A stretch of DNA of 64,000 nt from an uncultured Methylomirabilota bacterium (GCA_963845565.1 CAWJSJ010000001.1:224001-288000); one strand, 5' to 3'. Shown: positions 22,616-33,534, counted from the first letter of the stretch. The notes: a model not told the origin generated them from the letters alone. Translations and numbers: made by a program.

Positions 22616-23615
22616 ATGAAATACCTCGGCCATCTTTCTCACAAAGATCCGCTCTACGGGTATCTCCGCCATGACATCCTCTCGCAGCTTGGCGTCAATG
22701 GGGTCCCTCCTGACTTCCGGGTGTATAGTATTCCCGCATCCAACCATGTCTATCTTTATGAAGATCAAGGCAGCGGGACTCGCCTGGTCGGAAAGTTTTT
22801 CGGCGGCATCGCAAACCGCTCGCCGGAGACGGGTTTGCACTACATGGAGCGAGAATTCAACAACCTTCATTATCTGCGCAGCCTCGGGTTTACCGGCTAT
22901 CCTCATTACGTCGCCCGCCCCCTTGGCCGCAACGGCAGCGTCGATTGCGTGCTGGTGGAGGAGTTCTGTTTGGGGACGCCGCTCGCCGATTTCATCGTGA
23001 AGGCAATTCGGGAAGGAGCGAAGGAGCCCCTTTTCCAAAAACTGACGGCGCTCGCCTATTTTCTCGCCACTGCGCACAACCGGACAGCGACCGGAGACCG
23101 GGTGGACTTCAATAGCGACTGCACGTACTTCGACCGGATTCTGGACCAGTTGAAACAGTGGGGATATCCTTGGATGGGAGGAGGCACAGGAATTCTACCG
23201 GCTGAAAGACCGGTGGCGGGAGAAAGGATGCATGTGGGAGGACTTTCAGGTCCTTGTCCACGGCGATGTGACTCCCAGCAATATCCTCTTCGGTGACGGC
23301 CTTTGGGTCATCGCAATCGACTTGGAGCGAATGAAGTTGGCGGACCGGGTCTTCGACGTCGGGCGGGTTGCCGGCGAGATCAAGCATTTCTTCATGCAGT
23401 ACGCGGGCGACACGCTGCAAGCGGAGCCCTTTATTGGCCACTTCCTCTGGGAGTACGCCTGTCATTTTCCCGACCGGGACGGCGCCTTTACGTCCATTAC
23501 TCGCCGCGTGCCGTTTTACATGGGGCTCACGCTGCTGCGCATCGCCCGCAACTCATGGATCAGCGGAACGTATCGGCGGCAATTGCTGGATGACGCCAAG
23601 AACACACTGAGGTAG
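22616..23615 (+). CDS. Aminoglycoside-phosphotransferase-like kinase (frameshift near 23170)
   Basis: LVGKFF, REFNNL, LVHGDVTPSNIL, IDLE motifs split over two frames. Confidence 0.75.
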
Positions 23616-23622
23616 ACGCATC

Positions 23623-24347
23623 ATGGCAATAAAAGGCATCGTGTTTGATCTCTATGGAACCGTGATTGACATCGAGACCGACGAGTCCCTGGAAGAGATC
23701 TACCGCAGCTATCGCCCATTATCTGACCTATCACGGGGTCTACCTGCACCGGTGGGAGGTCCGGGACCGTTACTACGCGATCATGAAACAGCAGAAAGAA
23801 GAGCGCGGCGAGAACTACCCGGAAATAGACGTGGAGGCCATCTGGAATACCTTCCTCAGGCAGGAAGGCATAGAAGCACCCCTCGCGCGCCGAGAACTGG
23901 CCACGATCCTCGCCCAGCTCTACCGGGCAATCTCCCGGAAACGTCTCCAGCTCTACCCCGAGGTGACGAGGGTGCTGGACGCACTACGCCCGACCTACCG
24001 CATGGCGCTTGTCTCCGACGCGCAGCCCTGCTTTGCCCTGCCGGAGATGAAGGCCGTAGGACTCGAGGGCTATTTCGACCCGATCATCATCTCCGCGCAC
24101 TACGGATTCAGGAAACCCGATGCGAGGCTTACCGCGAAAGGCCCTCGACACGTTGAACCTCGTGCCGACCGAGGTGATCTGCGTGGGCAACGACATGTAC
24201 CGGGATATTTACGGGGCAAGCCGGCTCGGCATCAAGACCATCTTCGTCGACTCCAACCAGGGAGCCAAATCCTATGAGAATGTGACCCCTGACTATGTTG
24301 CGCCCCGGTTCGAGGATGTCCTCAGGGGGGTGGCGGCGCTCAATTAA
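23623..24347 (+). CDS. HAD family hydrolase (frameshifts near 23710 and 24140)
   Basis: FDLYGT, VSD, RKPD, VGNDMYRDI motifs. Confidence 0.8.
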
Positions 24348-24531
24348 TGACGTGTCGTCGACGGAAGGCTGCGACTGCCGGTGCGTCGCCAGGACGGCGG
24401 CTCCGGTTGCAGGACGCTGGTGGCGCATTCGGACGGGCTGCCTTGAACGAAGGCTGGCGATGGTGGCGTTGCTCGGCTACAATAAATCCTAGACCAATTG
24501 GCGAGGGAGGAGTTCAGGCAGGGAGGTGCCA

Positions 24532-25987
24532 GATGGGACTCTTTGGGTGGTTGGCCACCCACTGGACGCCGGCATATGAATACCGCGAGTACTTTGGGAA
24601 CGAAATGGAGTACATCGCCTGGGAATCCACCGCTGTTGGGGGCAGGCGAGGGTTTTTGCTCGGTTTTCCGGCCGGGGCACTGCTGACGGTGGCGGTCATC
24701 GGCGGCGCGGTGATGACCGGACTCTACACCCCGCCTTCCCAAACAGTGGCGTCGAGCGAGGGACAGCGAGAGCCCACCGCGTCGCAAGCCACGACCAAGG
24801 AGCTGGACGCCCTGCGGGCAGAGAACCAGGGCCTGAAGAAACAAGTGGTGCAAGTGAACACCGCGTCGCAAGCCACGACGAAAGAGCTGGACGCCCTGCG
24901 GGCAGAGAACCAGGGCCTGAAGAAACAAGTGGTGGAAGTGAACACCGCGTCGCAAGCCACGACCAAGGAGCTGGACGACGCTGCGGGCAGAGAACCAGGG
25001 GCTGAAGAAGCAAGTGATGGACGTGAACACCGCGTCGCAAGCCACGACCACGGAGCTGGACACCCTGCGCGCAGAGAACCAGGGGCTGAAGAAACAAGTG
25101 ATGCAAGTGAGGGCCGCGGGGTCGCAAGCCACGACCAAGGAGCTGGACGCGCTGCGGGCAGAGAGCCAGGGCCTGAAGCAGCAAGTGATGCAGGTCAACG
25201 CCGCGTCGCAAGCCACCACCAAGGAGCTGAACGCGCTGCGGGACGAGAACCAGGGCCTAAAGCAGAAAGTGGTGCAAGTGAACACCGCGTCGCAAGCCAC
25301 GACACAAGGAACTGGAGGCGCTGCGGGCACGAGAACCAGGGCCTGAAGCAGCAAGTGATGCAGGTCAACACCGCGTCGCAAGCCACGACCAAGGAGCTGA
25401 ACGCGCTGCGGGACGAGAACCAGGGGCTGAAGAAGCAAGTGACGGACGTGAAGGCCACCGCGTCGCAAGCCAGGGCGAAGAGGAAGTGCGGAAGTGAAGC
25501 GCGTGAGCGCCACGCTGGCCGCGCTGCGGGCAGAGAACCAGGGCCTGAAGAAGCAAGTGATGGCAGGTGAACCACCGCGTCGCAAGCCACGACGAAGGAG
25601 CTGGACGCGCTGCGGGCAGAGAACCAGGGCCTGAAGAAGCAAGTGATGCAAGTGAAGGCCGCGTCGCAAGCCACGACGAAGGAGCTGGACGCCCTGCGGG
25701 CAGAGAACCAGGGCCTGAAGAAGCAGGTGATGCAAGTGAACACCGCGTCGCAAGCCACGACGAAGGAGCTGGACGCGCTGCGGGCAGAGAACCAGGGCCT
25801 GAAGAAGCAAGTGATGGACGTGAAGGCCGCAGCGACCTGCCCGCCGTGCCAGCCGCAGGCGCCGACAAAGGCCCGACCCCCGGCCCAAGCTGTGGCCGCA
25901 CCACCCCAGGTGTGGTCGCCACCGGCGCCGCGGGGAAATCTACTGGCCTGGAGTAGGGCCGTCGGATCGATGAGCCCATTGGCGTAA
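24532..25987 (+). CDS. Membrane-anchored coiled-coil repeat protein (several frameshifts; end approximate)
   Basis: GGAGG RBS, TM helix, 12 x 28-aa units, CPPC/Pro-rich tail. Confidence 0.7.
24779..25830 (+). repeat. Tandem array of ~84-bp coding repeats, 12 copies (9th divergent)
   Basis: GTCGCAAGCC…GAGAACCAGGGCCTGAAGAAGCAAGTG recurs at ~84-bp period. Confidence 0.95.
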
Positions 25988-26069
25988 GGCAGGCTTGGTC
26001 GCCGTTAAGATAATGGTACCCACCTACGACGACTGGATAGTAGTCCTTTAGGGGTAAATCGGACCCGGT

Positions 26070-26362
26070 GTCCTCGACGAGATCGCCGAGCTCCCGCTGG
26101 AGCTGCAGGTCAAGCTGTTGCGGGGCCTGGAGAGCGGGCAGCTGGAGCGGCTCGGCAGCACCAAGACCCTCACGGTGGATGTCCGGGTGATCGCCGCGAG
26201 CAACCGCGGCCTGGCCGCCCTGGTCGCCACCGACAGCTCCACCTTCCGGGTGTCGGTGGGGACGGCCCCCGCGGCCCGGGCGGCGCCGCCGCGCTGCTCG
26301 GCCTCAACCCCACCACCCTCGTGTCCCGCCTCAAGAAGCTCGGCCTCACGCGTCCCCGCTGA
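26070..26362 (+). pseudogene. Remnant of a sigma54 enhancer-binding protein (partial AAA+ plus Fis-type HTH)
   Basis: LDEIAELPLELQVKLLR…ERLGS…VDVRVIAASNR, then in another frame GAAALLGLNPTTLVSRLKKLGL*; lacks N-terminus, Walker A and GAFTGA. Confidence 0.85.
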
Positions 26363-26375
26363 GCGATCCCGCCCC

Positions 26376-26527
26376 TCCGACCGATCGGAGAGGCTCCGAT
26401 ATATCGTGCGTTTCCCCTCGATGTCTCCGCTGAGATCTTTCCGCCGCATCCCAGCCAACCTCCTGATTCCACCGAGCGGGGACTCGCCTCGGGCCCCCCG
26501 GCGCGCGGCTGGAACTGGCTTTGCATA
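26376..26527 (+). promoter_or_regulatory. Sigma54-type promoter unit D
   Basis: TCCGACCGATCGGA-GAGGC-TCCGATATATCGTG; TGGAACTGGCTTTGCATA (26510-26527). Confidence 0.8.
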
Positions 26528-26671
26528 GTCCAGGGACCAGGGGGGAACGCGGCACGGCGGGCGGTTGGCCGTGCGAGGGCCCGCTGCCTGGGCGACGAGA
26601 CGGAGCCCGATCGGTCCACGGCACCATCCGCACGAGATGGCGGCGAGCCACTCGGAGAGGAGGGAGGGCTC

Positions 26672-26746
26672 ATGAGTTCGATCGTGTACCTGGTCGGCGC
26701 GGTGGTCATCATTGGCGTCGTGCTGAAGATGCTGGGCGTCTATTAA
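26672..26746 (+). CDS. 24-aa membrane microprotein (MSSIVYLVGAVVIIGVVLKMLGVY)
   Basis: GGAGGG RBS; three paralogues in window. Confidence 0.8.
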   Translation: MSSIVYLVGAVVIIGVVLKMLGVY

Positions 26747-26808
26747 GGCGCGGACCCGGGCCGGCGTTGGGTGTCGCATGCACCAGAACGGATCGAAAGG
26801 AGACACAC

Positions 26809-27811
26809 ATGACACGGGGAATGATGATTGCGGTGGTGGTGCTGAGTCTGGGGCTGCTCGCGGCCCCCGGGTTCACCGCCCAGGAGACGGCCGGGGCGGC
26901 CAGGCGCGACGGCTCACCGGCGAGGTCACGGACTCCTGGCTTACCCTCAAGACCAAGCTGGCCTTGCTGGGCGACGAACGGGTGAGCAGTACACGACGTG
27001 AGCGTGAAGACCGTGAAGGGCGTGATCACGCTCCACGGGAAGGTGGCCAGTGCGGAGGAGCAGAAGGCCGCCGAGGAAATCGCCCTCACGATCGAGGGAC
27101 ACAAGAAGGTGGTCAACCAATTGACGGTGGTGCCGAGGCGGAGCGGAAAATGGTCGATCGGCAGGACGACCAGATCGTGACGGACGTCAAGCAGGGGATC
27201 AAGAAGGATGCGTCCCTGAAGAAGACCGACATCGACGTGCGCGCCGAGAAGGGGATCGTCACGCTGACGGGGAAGGCGCCGTCGCTGGAGACCAGCGTCC
27301 GCGCCTCTGAGATGGCCCGCCGGGTGTCCGGCGTGCGCGCCGTGCGGAACGAGCTGGTCGTGCCAGCGCCGGGTCCAGACGGCCCCGGCGCCCGGCCGGT
27401 CGCGGCCCGCGGCGACGACCGCGCGCGTCGACCGCGTCGAGGCCCGCATCACCATGCTGCATGCCACGCTCAACATCACCCCGGCCCAGGAAGAGCTCTG
27501 GACGAACGTCACCCAGGTGATGCGGGACAATGCGCACACCATGGACGCGCTCACGACAGGCCCGGGCCGACCAGGCCACGACCATGACCGCGGTCGAGGA
27601 TCTCAACTCCTATACCGAGATCACCAAGGCCCATGCCGAGGGCCTCACGAAATTCGTCCCCGCCTTCGAGGCGCTCTATGCCAGCATGTCGGACGCGCAG
27701 AAGGCCGAGGCGAATACCATGTTCCGCGGGCACCAGCGCCGCCCCACGGCGGCGAAGGCGCCGATGCCCAAGAGCCCCGCGATCGCGACGAACGCCGCGT
27801 CCATCAAATAG
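26809..27811 (+). CDS. Double BON protein apparently fused to a Spy/CpxP (LTXXQ) domain; several frameshifts
   Basis: BON paralogue with no stop after VRNEL, running into RVEARITMLHATLNITPAQ…LYASMSDAQK. Confidence 0.7.
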
Positions 27812-27859
27812 GGCACCCGCCACGCGCGCGAGGATGCGCGCCCAGAACGGAGGGTCAGC

Positions 27860-28210
27860 ATGAGACCATCGACAGGACGGGCCACGCAGGGGCGCCCGCG
27901 CGTCCGGCACGCTCGGGCTGGCGCTCGCCGTCGCGGCGGTGCTGGTCGGGGGCGCCCTGGCGCCGGCGTTCAGCGCCGATCTACAAGCAGCGCAATCGGC
28001 AACAGGAGCGCGACTGGCGGGCGCATCAAAGCTACCAATGGACGCATCACCCCGCCCGGCGGGCGCATCCACGGTACCAGCGCGCGTATCCGCGCCTATC
28101 GGTACTACGCGCCGCCGCCCGGTGATGTACGCGCCGCCGCCGGTCGTCTACGCCCCGCGCCGTCGCCGGGGATCAGCCTCTTCTTCGGCTTCCCCCTCGG
28201 GCATCGCTAG
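27860..28210 (+). CDS. Exported Pro/Tyr-rich small protein (frameshifted)
   Basis: Signal-like LVGGALAPAFSA, YAPPPVVYAP, PGISLFFGFP across frames. Confidence 0.5.
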   Translation: MRPSTGRATQGRPRVRHARAGARRRGGAGRGRPGAGVQRRSTSSAIGNRSATGGRIKATNGRITPPGGRIHGTSARIRAYRYYAPPPGDVRAAAGRLRPAPSPGISLFFGFPLGHR

Positions 28211-28312
28211 GAGGCGGCGCGACGGGCAGACGGGTCGGGCGCACGGCCGCTCGCCGGCGGGGCGGGCGCCGGAGGTCAAGGGGGGACAACCCTTTTCACA
28301 AAGGAGGGCACG

Positions 28313-29087
28313 ATGTTGCGAAGCATGAAGGATCTCCACGGGTTCACGATCGGGGCCACCGATGGGGACATCGGCACGGTCACCGACGGCTATTTCGACG
28401 ATCTGAGCTTCACGGTGCGCTACGTCGTGGTCGACACGGGGGGGTGGCTGACGGGACGCAAGGTGCTCCTCTCGCCGATCGCCGTCCGAACGATGGACTG
28501 GGCGCAGAAACGGCTCACGGTCGCGCTGACGAAGGCCCAGGTGGAGAAGAGCCCACCGATCGACACGGACAAGCCGGTCTCGCGGCAGCACGAGACCGCC
28601 TACTACGGCTACTATGGCTACACCCCGTACTGGGCGGGGGACTATCTCTGGGGCGCGTCACCCTATCCCTATCTCGGGAGCGGGGCCGGCCCCGAGTGCC
28701 GCGGACCTCGCGCGGGAGCAACGCTGGAATTGGGCGGCCAAGGCGCGGGAGGACCCACACCTGCGGAGCGCGCGCGCGGTGACCGGCTACTACATCCAGG
28801 CGACGGACGGCGACATCGGCCACGTGGAAGACTTTCTCGTGGACGACCAGTCCTGGACGATCCGCTACATGCTCGTGGACACCACCAACTGGTGGGCCGG
28901 CAAGAAGGTGCTGGTGGCCCCCGCCTGGATCAAGCGGGTGGACTGGGCCGAGTCGAAGGTGCACGTGACCGTCACGCGCGCGCAGATCAAGACCAGCCCC
29001 GAGTACGAGCCCGCCCGGCCGGTAGAGCGCGTCTACGAGACGCGGCTGTACGACCACTATGGCCAACCCCGCTACTGGCGGGAGTAG
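28313..29087 (+). CDS. Tandem PRC-barrel domain protein (frameshift near 28685)
   Basis: Close paralogue of 3946-4749. Confidence 0.85.
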
Positions 29088-29162
29088 CGCGACCGACCCC
29101 GGCCTCCGGGGCGCGCGCGCTCGGGCGCCCCGGCACATTCCCGTCGATGAAAGGAGACGACC

Positions 29163-29330
29163 ATGGTGAAAGATCCGGTGTGCGGCATGCAGGTCGACGA
29201 GAAGAAGGCGGGCGCCATCTCGGCGTACAAGGGAACGACGTACCACTTCTGTGCCCCCACCTGCAAATCGAAATTCGACGCGAGCCCCGAGAAGTTTACC
29301 GGCAAAGGCGTGACCCCCGCCGGGAAGTGA
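29163..29330 (+). CDS. YHS domain protein, 55 aa
   Basis: MVKDPVCGMQVD…YKGTTYHFCAPTCKSKFDASPEKF; AAAGGAG RBS; not in ORF track. Confidence 0.9.
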   Translation: MVKDPVCGMQVDEKKAGAISAYKGTTYHFCAPTCKSKFDASPEKFTGKGVTPAGK

Positions 29331-29404
29331 CCGGGGGCTGACGGGCGGGGGCGTGCGGGACGCGCCCCCGCCTACTGCCGTGCCCGGGGCGCCACCGCGC
29401 TGAC

Positions 29405-29536
29405 AAAGACGAAGCGATCTACGAGCACGGCCTGCTCCGAATCGATGCGCCCTTCAAAGATCCGATGGAAGATGCTATGAAGGTCGCCATCAAAGCAGGT
29501 GGCGTGGAAACCAAGACCAAGAAAATCGAAGCCTGA
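29405..29536 (+). pseudogene. C-terminal fragment of an Hsp20/alpha-crystallin protein
   Basis: AIYEHGLLRIDAPFKDPMEDAMKVAIK fits the sHSP A.Y..G.L.I..P pattern; no start. Confidence 0.55.
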
Positions 29537-29705
29537 TGACCCGATAACTTGAGAGAGTCTCTTCTCATCCCACCACGGATGACGCCAGATTCATCGGGCC
29601 GGACCCTACCGCTGGAGGTGCCACCCGGGTTCTAATTTCATCTAGGTAAACCCCCGGCTCTCCCGGGGGACTCCGAGAGTGTGACAGTTCCGGGCGTGCC
29701 TGCGT

Positions 29706-30461
29706 GTGGTCCGCGGACCAGCCCGGGAGAGAAGAGAACATGGTCCACATCGCAACTCCAAGATAATGTGGCGCCGTCGCCCTCAGCAAAGTTCAACAGC
29801 GCGCGGCACAACGCCTACGGATGCCCTTCGCGGACAGGTTTCGAAACTCGCGTACGCGTGGGAAAAAATCCGAGAATTGCCTCACCGCCAAGAGGATCGG
29901 CTTCTTCTGTTCGCCAGTGGCGTAGATATCTATCGCACCCAAATCGCGCGTGAGCTTTGGCCGATTTCCTTTCGCCATCTCCGCCCCATTCATATCGTTA
30001 CGGACCAAGCCGGTGCAAGCGCCAAAATGCAAGCGCGAGCGCAGACGCTTCGCACATTCGCGCGATCCGTGCCCTCCGGACACACGGTCACCTCGGCCGA
30101 GATTGATCGATTGATGCCATCGGTGACGCCGTTTCGCGCAGTGGAGGACGAGGACGGAACTTTCATCCTCTTTGAGGGAGTCGGTCGCTACCATGCGATT
30201 CGCGAAGCCCTGGGGGAGGATGCCATTTTGGATATTTGGGTTGAGGTGTTTCGGACGAAGGATCCGGCTCGCACCCTGAGGTTGGTCCATGACGTTCAGC
30301 GCGCCAATGGTCTCCGATCGGGTGTGCCGGGGCCGCTGTTGGATTTGATCGGTCCTGCGAATTCCTCAACTCCTGGATTCTTGGCTCGAGTATGGGAGCA
30401 CGGATTGATCCGGAGTTTTGTGCAGGCCCTGCGCCGGAAGTTCCCAAAAACGGCTGGCTGA
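29706..30461 (+). CDS. Hypothetical protein (weak ParB-N-like motif)
   Basis: 251-aa ORF, lower GC; PFRAVEDEDGTFILFEGVGRYHA; start uncertain. Confidence 0.5.
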   Translation: MVRGPARERREHGPHRNSKIMWRRRPQQSSTARGTTPTDALRGQVSKLAYAWEKIRELPHRQEDRLLLFASGVDIYRTQIARELWPISFRHLRPIHIVTDQAGASAKMQARAQTLRTFARSVPSGHTVTSAEIDRLMPSVTPFRAVEDEDGTFILFEGVGRYHAIREALGEDAILDIWVEVFRTKDPARTLRLVHDVQRANGLRSGVPGPLLDLIGPANSSTPGFLARVWEHGLIRSFVQALRRKFPKTAG

Positions 30462-30596
30462 AATCAACCCGTTGTGGCGCGAAGCGCTCGCGGCGCCGCA
30501 TGCCTTCCGATTCGTCCGCCCCGACCGCGCCAGTCGCTTCGCCCTGGCTCGCCGCCGCCCCCGGAGCCCGCGCCAGCGCGCGAACGCGTCCCAGAC

Positions 30597-30746
30597 TCCG
30601 AGATCTCGGAGCCGCTCCGATCCCTCGGGCGGGTGTCGCCGGTCCCTCCGCGGCACAGGTGTCGCCGCCTCCCACCCAACTGTGTAACTCCACAGGGCAG
30701 AGACCTCCCAAGGCGCGGGAGGAGCGCGATGGATCTCGTATTGCAC
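30597..30746 (+). promoter_or_regulatory. Sigma54-type promoter unit E
   Basis: TCCGAGATCTCGGA-GCCGC-TCCGATCCCTCGGG; TGGATCTCGTATTGCAC (30730-30746). Confidence 0.85.
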
Positions 30747-30884
30747 GTGTCCTGAGGGTAAGGGCCGTTTCCTCGCGCACAACGCTCACGGGCAGGAGCG
30801 GGGGGAGCAGGCCGGGACCGGCGCGTCCGCCGTGCGGCGCACGGAGACGCCGGAGCGAGATCTTCCGGGAGGGAGGTGGAACAC

Positions 30885-30971
30885 ATGGACCTCACAACGA
30901 TTGTGATCGTGCTGCTCGTCGTGGCGGTGCTGGGCGGGGGCGGTTGGGGATACTCGCGGTGGCGCCGGTAA
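30885..30971 (+). CDS. 28-aa membrane microprotein (MDLTTIVIVLLVVAVLGGGGWGYSRWRR)
   Basis: GGAGGT RBS; paralogue of 407-487. Confidence 0.8.
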   Translation: MDLTTIVIVLLVVAVLGGGGWGYSRWRR

Positions 30972-31152
30972 CCGTAACCCTCGCCGCGGAGAGATCTGCC
31001 CCCGGGGCGGCCCGCCACCGTCCTGTGGAGTCGGAGTGTCGTGCGCCCTGGGGGGCGAGAGACACGCGGCCGCCGCCTCGTGGCCGTGTCGGGGCCAGAG
31101 GGGGCGCTGGCTGCGTGTCGGGACGAACTAACCTTTAAAGGAGGGCGAACCC

Positions 31153-31467
31153 ATGAAGACAGCGAGACCGATGGTGCGAACGCTCCTGGTACTGCTGGCG
31201 CTGGTCGTGATCGCCGGCTGTGCATCCACCCGGACCCAGGAAAGCGCGGGGCAGTACACGGATAGTTCCGTGATCACGGCGAAGGTCAAGGCCGCGATCT
31301 TCGACGACAAGACCCTGAAGGTGTTGGACATCAACGTGGAGACCTTCAAGGATGTCGTCCAGTTGAGCGGCTTCGTGAATTCGGCTGAGACCAAGAACCA
31401 TGCGGCCGTGGTGGCCGGCCGCGTCAGCGGCGTGAAATCCGTCAAGAACGATCTGATCATCAAGTAG
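31153..31467 (+). CDS. Single BON domain lipoprotein
   Basis: IAGC lipobox; DSVITAKVKA…VQLSGFV…GVKSVKNDL. Confidence 0.9.
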   Translation: MKTARPMVRTLLVLLALVVIAGCASTRTQESAGQYTDSSVITAKVKAAIFDDKTLKVLDINVETFKDVVQLSGFVNSAETKNHAAVVAGRVSGVKSVKNDLIIK

Positions 31468-32034
31468 GGGGGTTCGAGGCGGGGAGGGTGCGCGTGGCGC
31501 CGTCGCCCGGCCCCACGCCCCCGTGGCGTTGCCGACATCCGTAGCACGCTGCGGGGGGTGTGGCGGCGGCACGGCGGCGTTTCGACGCGGCGGGCCTCGG
31601 TGGCCCCAGAAGCACAATCGTATCCCCTAAAGGTCCGCCCTTGGCGCCGTGATGCTTTCTCTCGCTTCGCTACGGCGCGGTCGGACGGGGCACCAGAGGA
31701 GCGAGCGTAGTCGGGTGCTCCGGGGGCGGGAAGTTCTCTTTTGTGAAATAGTCCATGGAACGATGTGACCCGTCGGCGTTTCAGCCCCATCCTAGAGTTA
31801 GGGCGTCGTCCGTCTGTGGTCCTCATGGCGTGAGGCAGCATGGGCCGCCACAATACTCCTTCCCTTCATTCGCCCCGAGGCCACGGCGGTAGCAGCCCGC
31901 ACGTCGAGGGGGGAGCTTTGCTGCGAGGGAGCGATCGAGCCATGCCCGATGTTCGGGGGCAGCGGTGCTGGGTGATTGGCTGCAGCTGCTCCCGGACGCC
32001 GTGATGCGCCGCAGGGAGGAAGAGGTGGTGTAAG

Positions 32035-32439
32035 ATGAACGAACTCGCCGTCGCCTCGCTGGTGGTCCTCGCAGTGGTGAGCGTGCTCTGGACCGTCATG
32101 ATGGTCATCGTCACGTTGGAGCTTCGTCGGGCCTCCGGGCGGCTGCAGGAGTTCATCCGCTCGCTGGAGCTGGAGTTGAAGCCCACCATCCAGCAAACCC
32201 GAGAGGCGATCCGCACTCTGAACCGGGTAGCCCAGGGAGCGGCGGAAGGGGCGGAGCGGGTGCAAGGCACCCTCGCGAAGCTCGAAGCGGTCGGGGACAA
32301 CATCCGGGCCACGGCCCGCGTGGTGCGTTCGGCAGTCGGCTCGCGGTTGATCCCGGTGGCCGGCCTTTTGGCCGGGGTACGGGTCGGGGCCAACGTGCTG
32401 TGGAAGCTGTCCACACAAAGGAGGAGGCGTCATGAGTGA
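32035..32439 (+). CDS. DUF948-like membrane-anchored coiled-coil protein
   Basis: N-terminal TM helix and heptads; overlaps the ytxH-like gene. Confidence 0.6.
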   Translation: MNELAVASLVVLAVVSVLWTVMMVIVTLELRRASGRLQEFIRSLELELKPTIQQTREAIRTLNRVAQGAAEGAERVQGTLAKLEAVGDNIRATARVVRSAVGSRLIPVAGLLAGVRVGANVLWKLSTQRRRRHE

Positions 32440-32743
32440 GGAGCGCGGCTATTCCGGTTTGGGATTCGCGGTGGGCTTCATCCTCGGCGGAGCCCTCGGT
32501 GTCAGCCTGGCGATGCTCTTTGCGCCGGAGCCGGGCCGGCGGACCCGCGAGCGGCTTCGGGACTTGGCTGCCGACGTGCGCGACAAGACCATTGACGTTT
32601 CGGACGAGCTCCGGGACAAGGCCGAAGACGTCCTGGAACGCAGTCGCGAGGTGTTCGAAGAGAAGAAGTCCATCCTCTCGGCCGCGGTCCAGGCCGGCAA
32701 GGAGGCAAGTCAGCGCCAGCGCGAGCGCCTCTCGGCGCACTGA
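32432..32743 (+). CDS. YtxH domain protein
   Basis: GFILGGALGVSLAMLFAPEPGRRTRERL. Confidence 0.85.
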   Translation: MSEERGYSGLGFAVGFILGGALGVSLAMLFAPEPGRRTRERLRDLAADVRDKTIDVSDELRDKAEDVLERSREVFEEKKSILSAAVQAGKEASQRQRERLSAH

Positions 32744-32757
32744 TCAGACGGGATGCA

Positions 32758-32826
32758 ACCACAGATTTCGCAGAATATTCTCTGTGGATTTCTCCGCGAA
32801 TCTGTGAGCTCTGGGTAATCTGTGGT
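32758..32826. repeat. Palindromic REP-like element
   Basis: ACCACAGATT…AATCTGTGGT inverted ends with internal partial copies. Confidence 0.5.
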
Positions 32827-32919
32827 GTGGTGTCTTTCCGCTCGCCGCGGAAGGAAGTGGCAGCCCATGGTCGAATTCCAACAAAGGGCGCCGGAGCGCC
32901 CGCTGCGGACCCCGCGCCA

Positions 32920-33069
32920 TCCGAGATCATGGAGTCGGTCCGAAATCTCGGGCGGTTCCCGCCGCTCACGCCGCAGCGAGGTCGCCGCGGCATCCTGGCC
33001 AACCCGGCGTTTTCACCGGGGGAACCCGCGGCGAGACGCACGAAGGGGGATGTGGACCTCCGTTTGCAC
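32920..33069 (+). promoter_or_regulatory. Sigma54-type promoter unit F
   Basis: TCCGAGATCATGGA-GTCGG-TCCGAAATCTCGGG; TGGACCTCCGTTTGCAC (33053-33069). Confidence 0.8.
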
Positions 33070-33143
33070 CTACCATAGTCAAGCAGCGCGTCAAGGGCAA
33101 GCACACTGGGAATCCTGATTCCCACGCGGGAAGGAGACGTTCG

Positions 33144-33323
33144 ATGCTACTGCTCATTCTTCTACTGGTGGTGTTGTTCGCCGGCGGCGGCGGCTATTAC
33201 GGGTATTCCCGCTGGGGGACCGGCGGGGGCCTGGGGATCCTCGGGACGGTCCTGCTCGTGGCGGTGCTCGTGTACCTGCTCGGTGGGATGAATTTCCCTG
33301 GCAGGATGCATTTCCCGGGGTAG
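33144..33323 (+). CDS. DUF3309-like small membrane protein, 59 aa
   Basis: MLLLILLLVVLFAGGGGYYGYSRWGTGGGLG…; AAGGAG RBS; not in ORF track. Confidence 0.8.
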   Translation: MLLLILLLVVLFAGGGGYYGYSRWGTGGGLGILGTVLLVAVLVYLLGGMNFPGRMHFPG

Positions 33324-33534
33324 CATCGAGCGGACGCCACGAGAAAGGCGAATGCAGCAGCGCGCGACTAGGCCCGGCGAGTCCGTGAGCGATAGGCAGG
33401 CGAGGCCTCACTCGATCTGGGCGGCGTGCAGACGACGCCTAATCACTTTGTCACACGGCGGGAGCACGCGGCACCTTCCGCGGATCGAGCGTGCGAACAT
33501 GCGTTACCCGCTCGGAAACGAAGGAGGACGACCC

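Noticed and set aside
24779..25830. Possible CRISPR array
   Set aside because: The units are contiguous 84-bp coding repeats with no unique spacers, and no cas genes are present.
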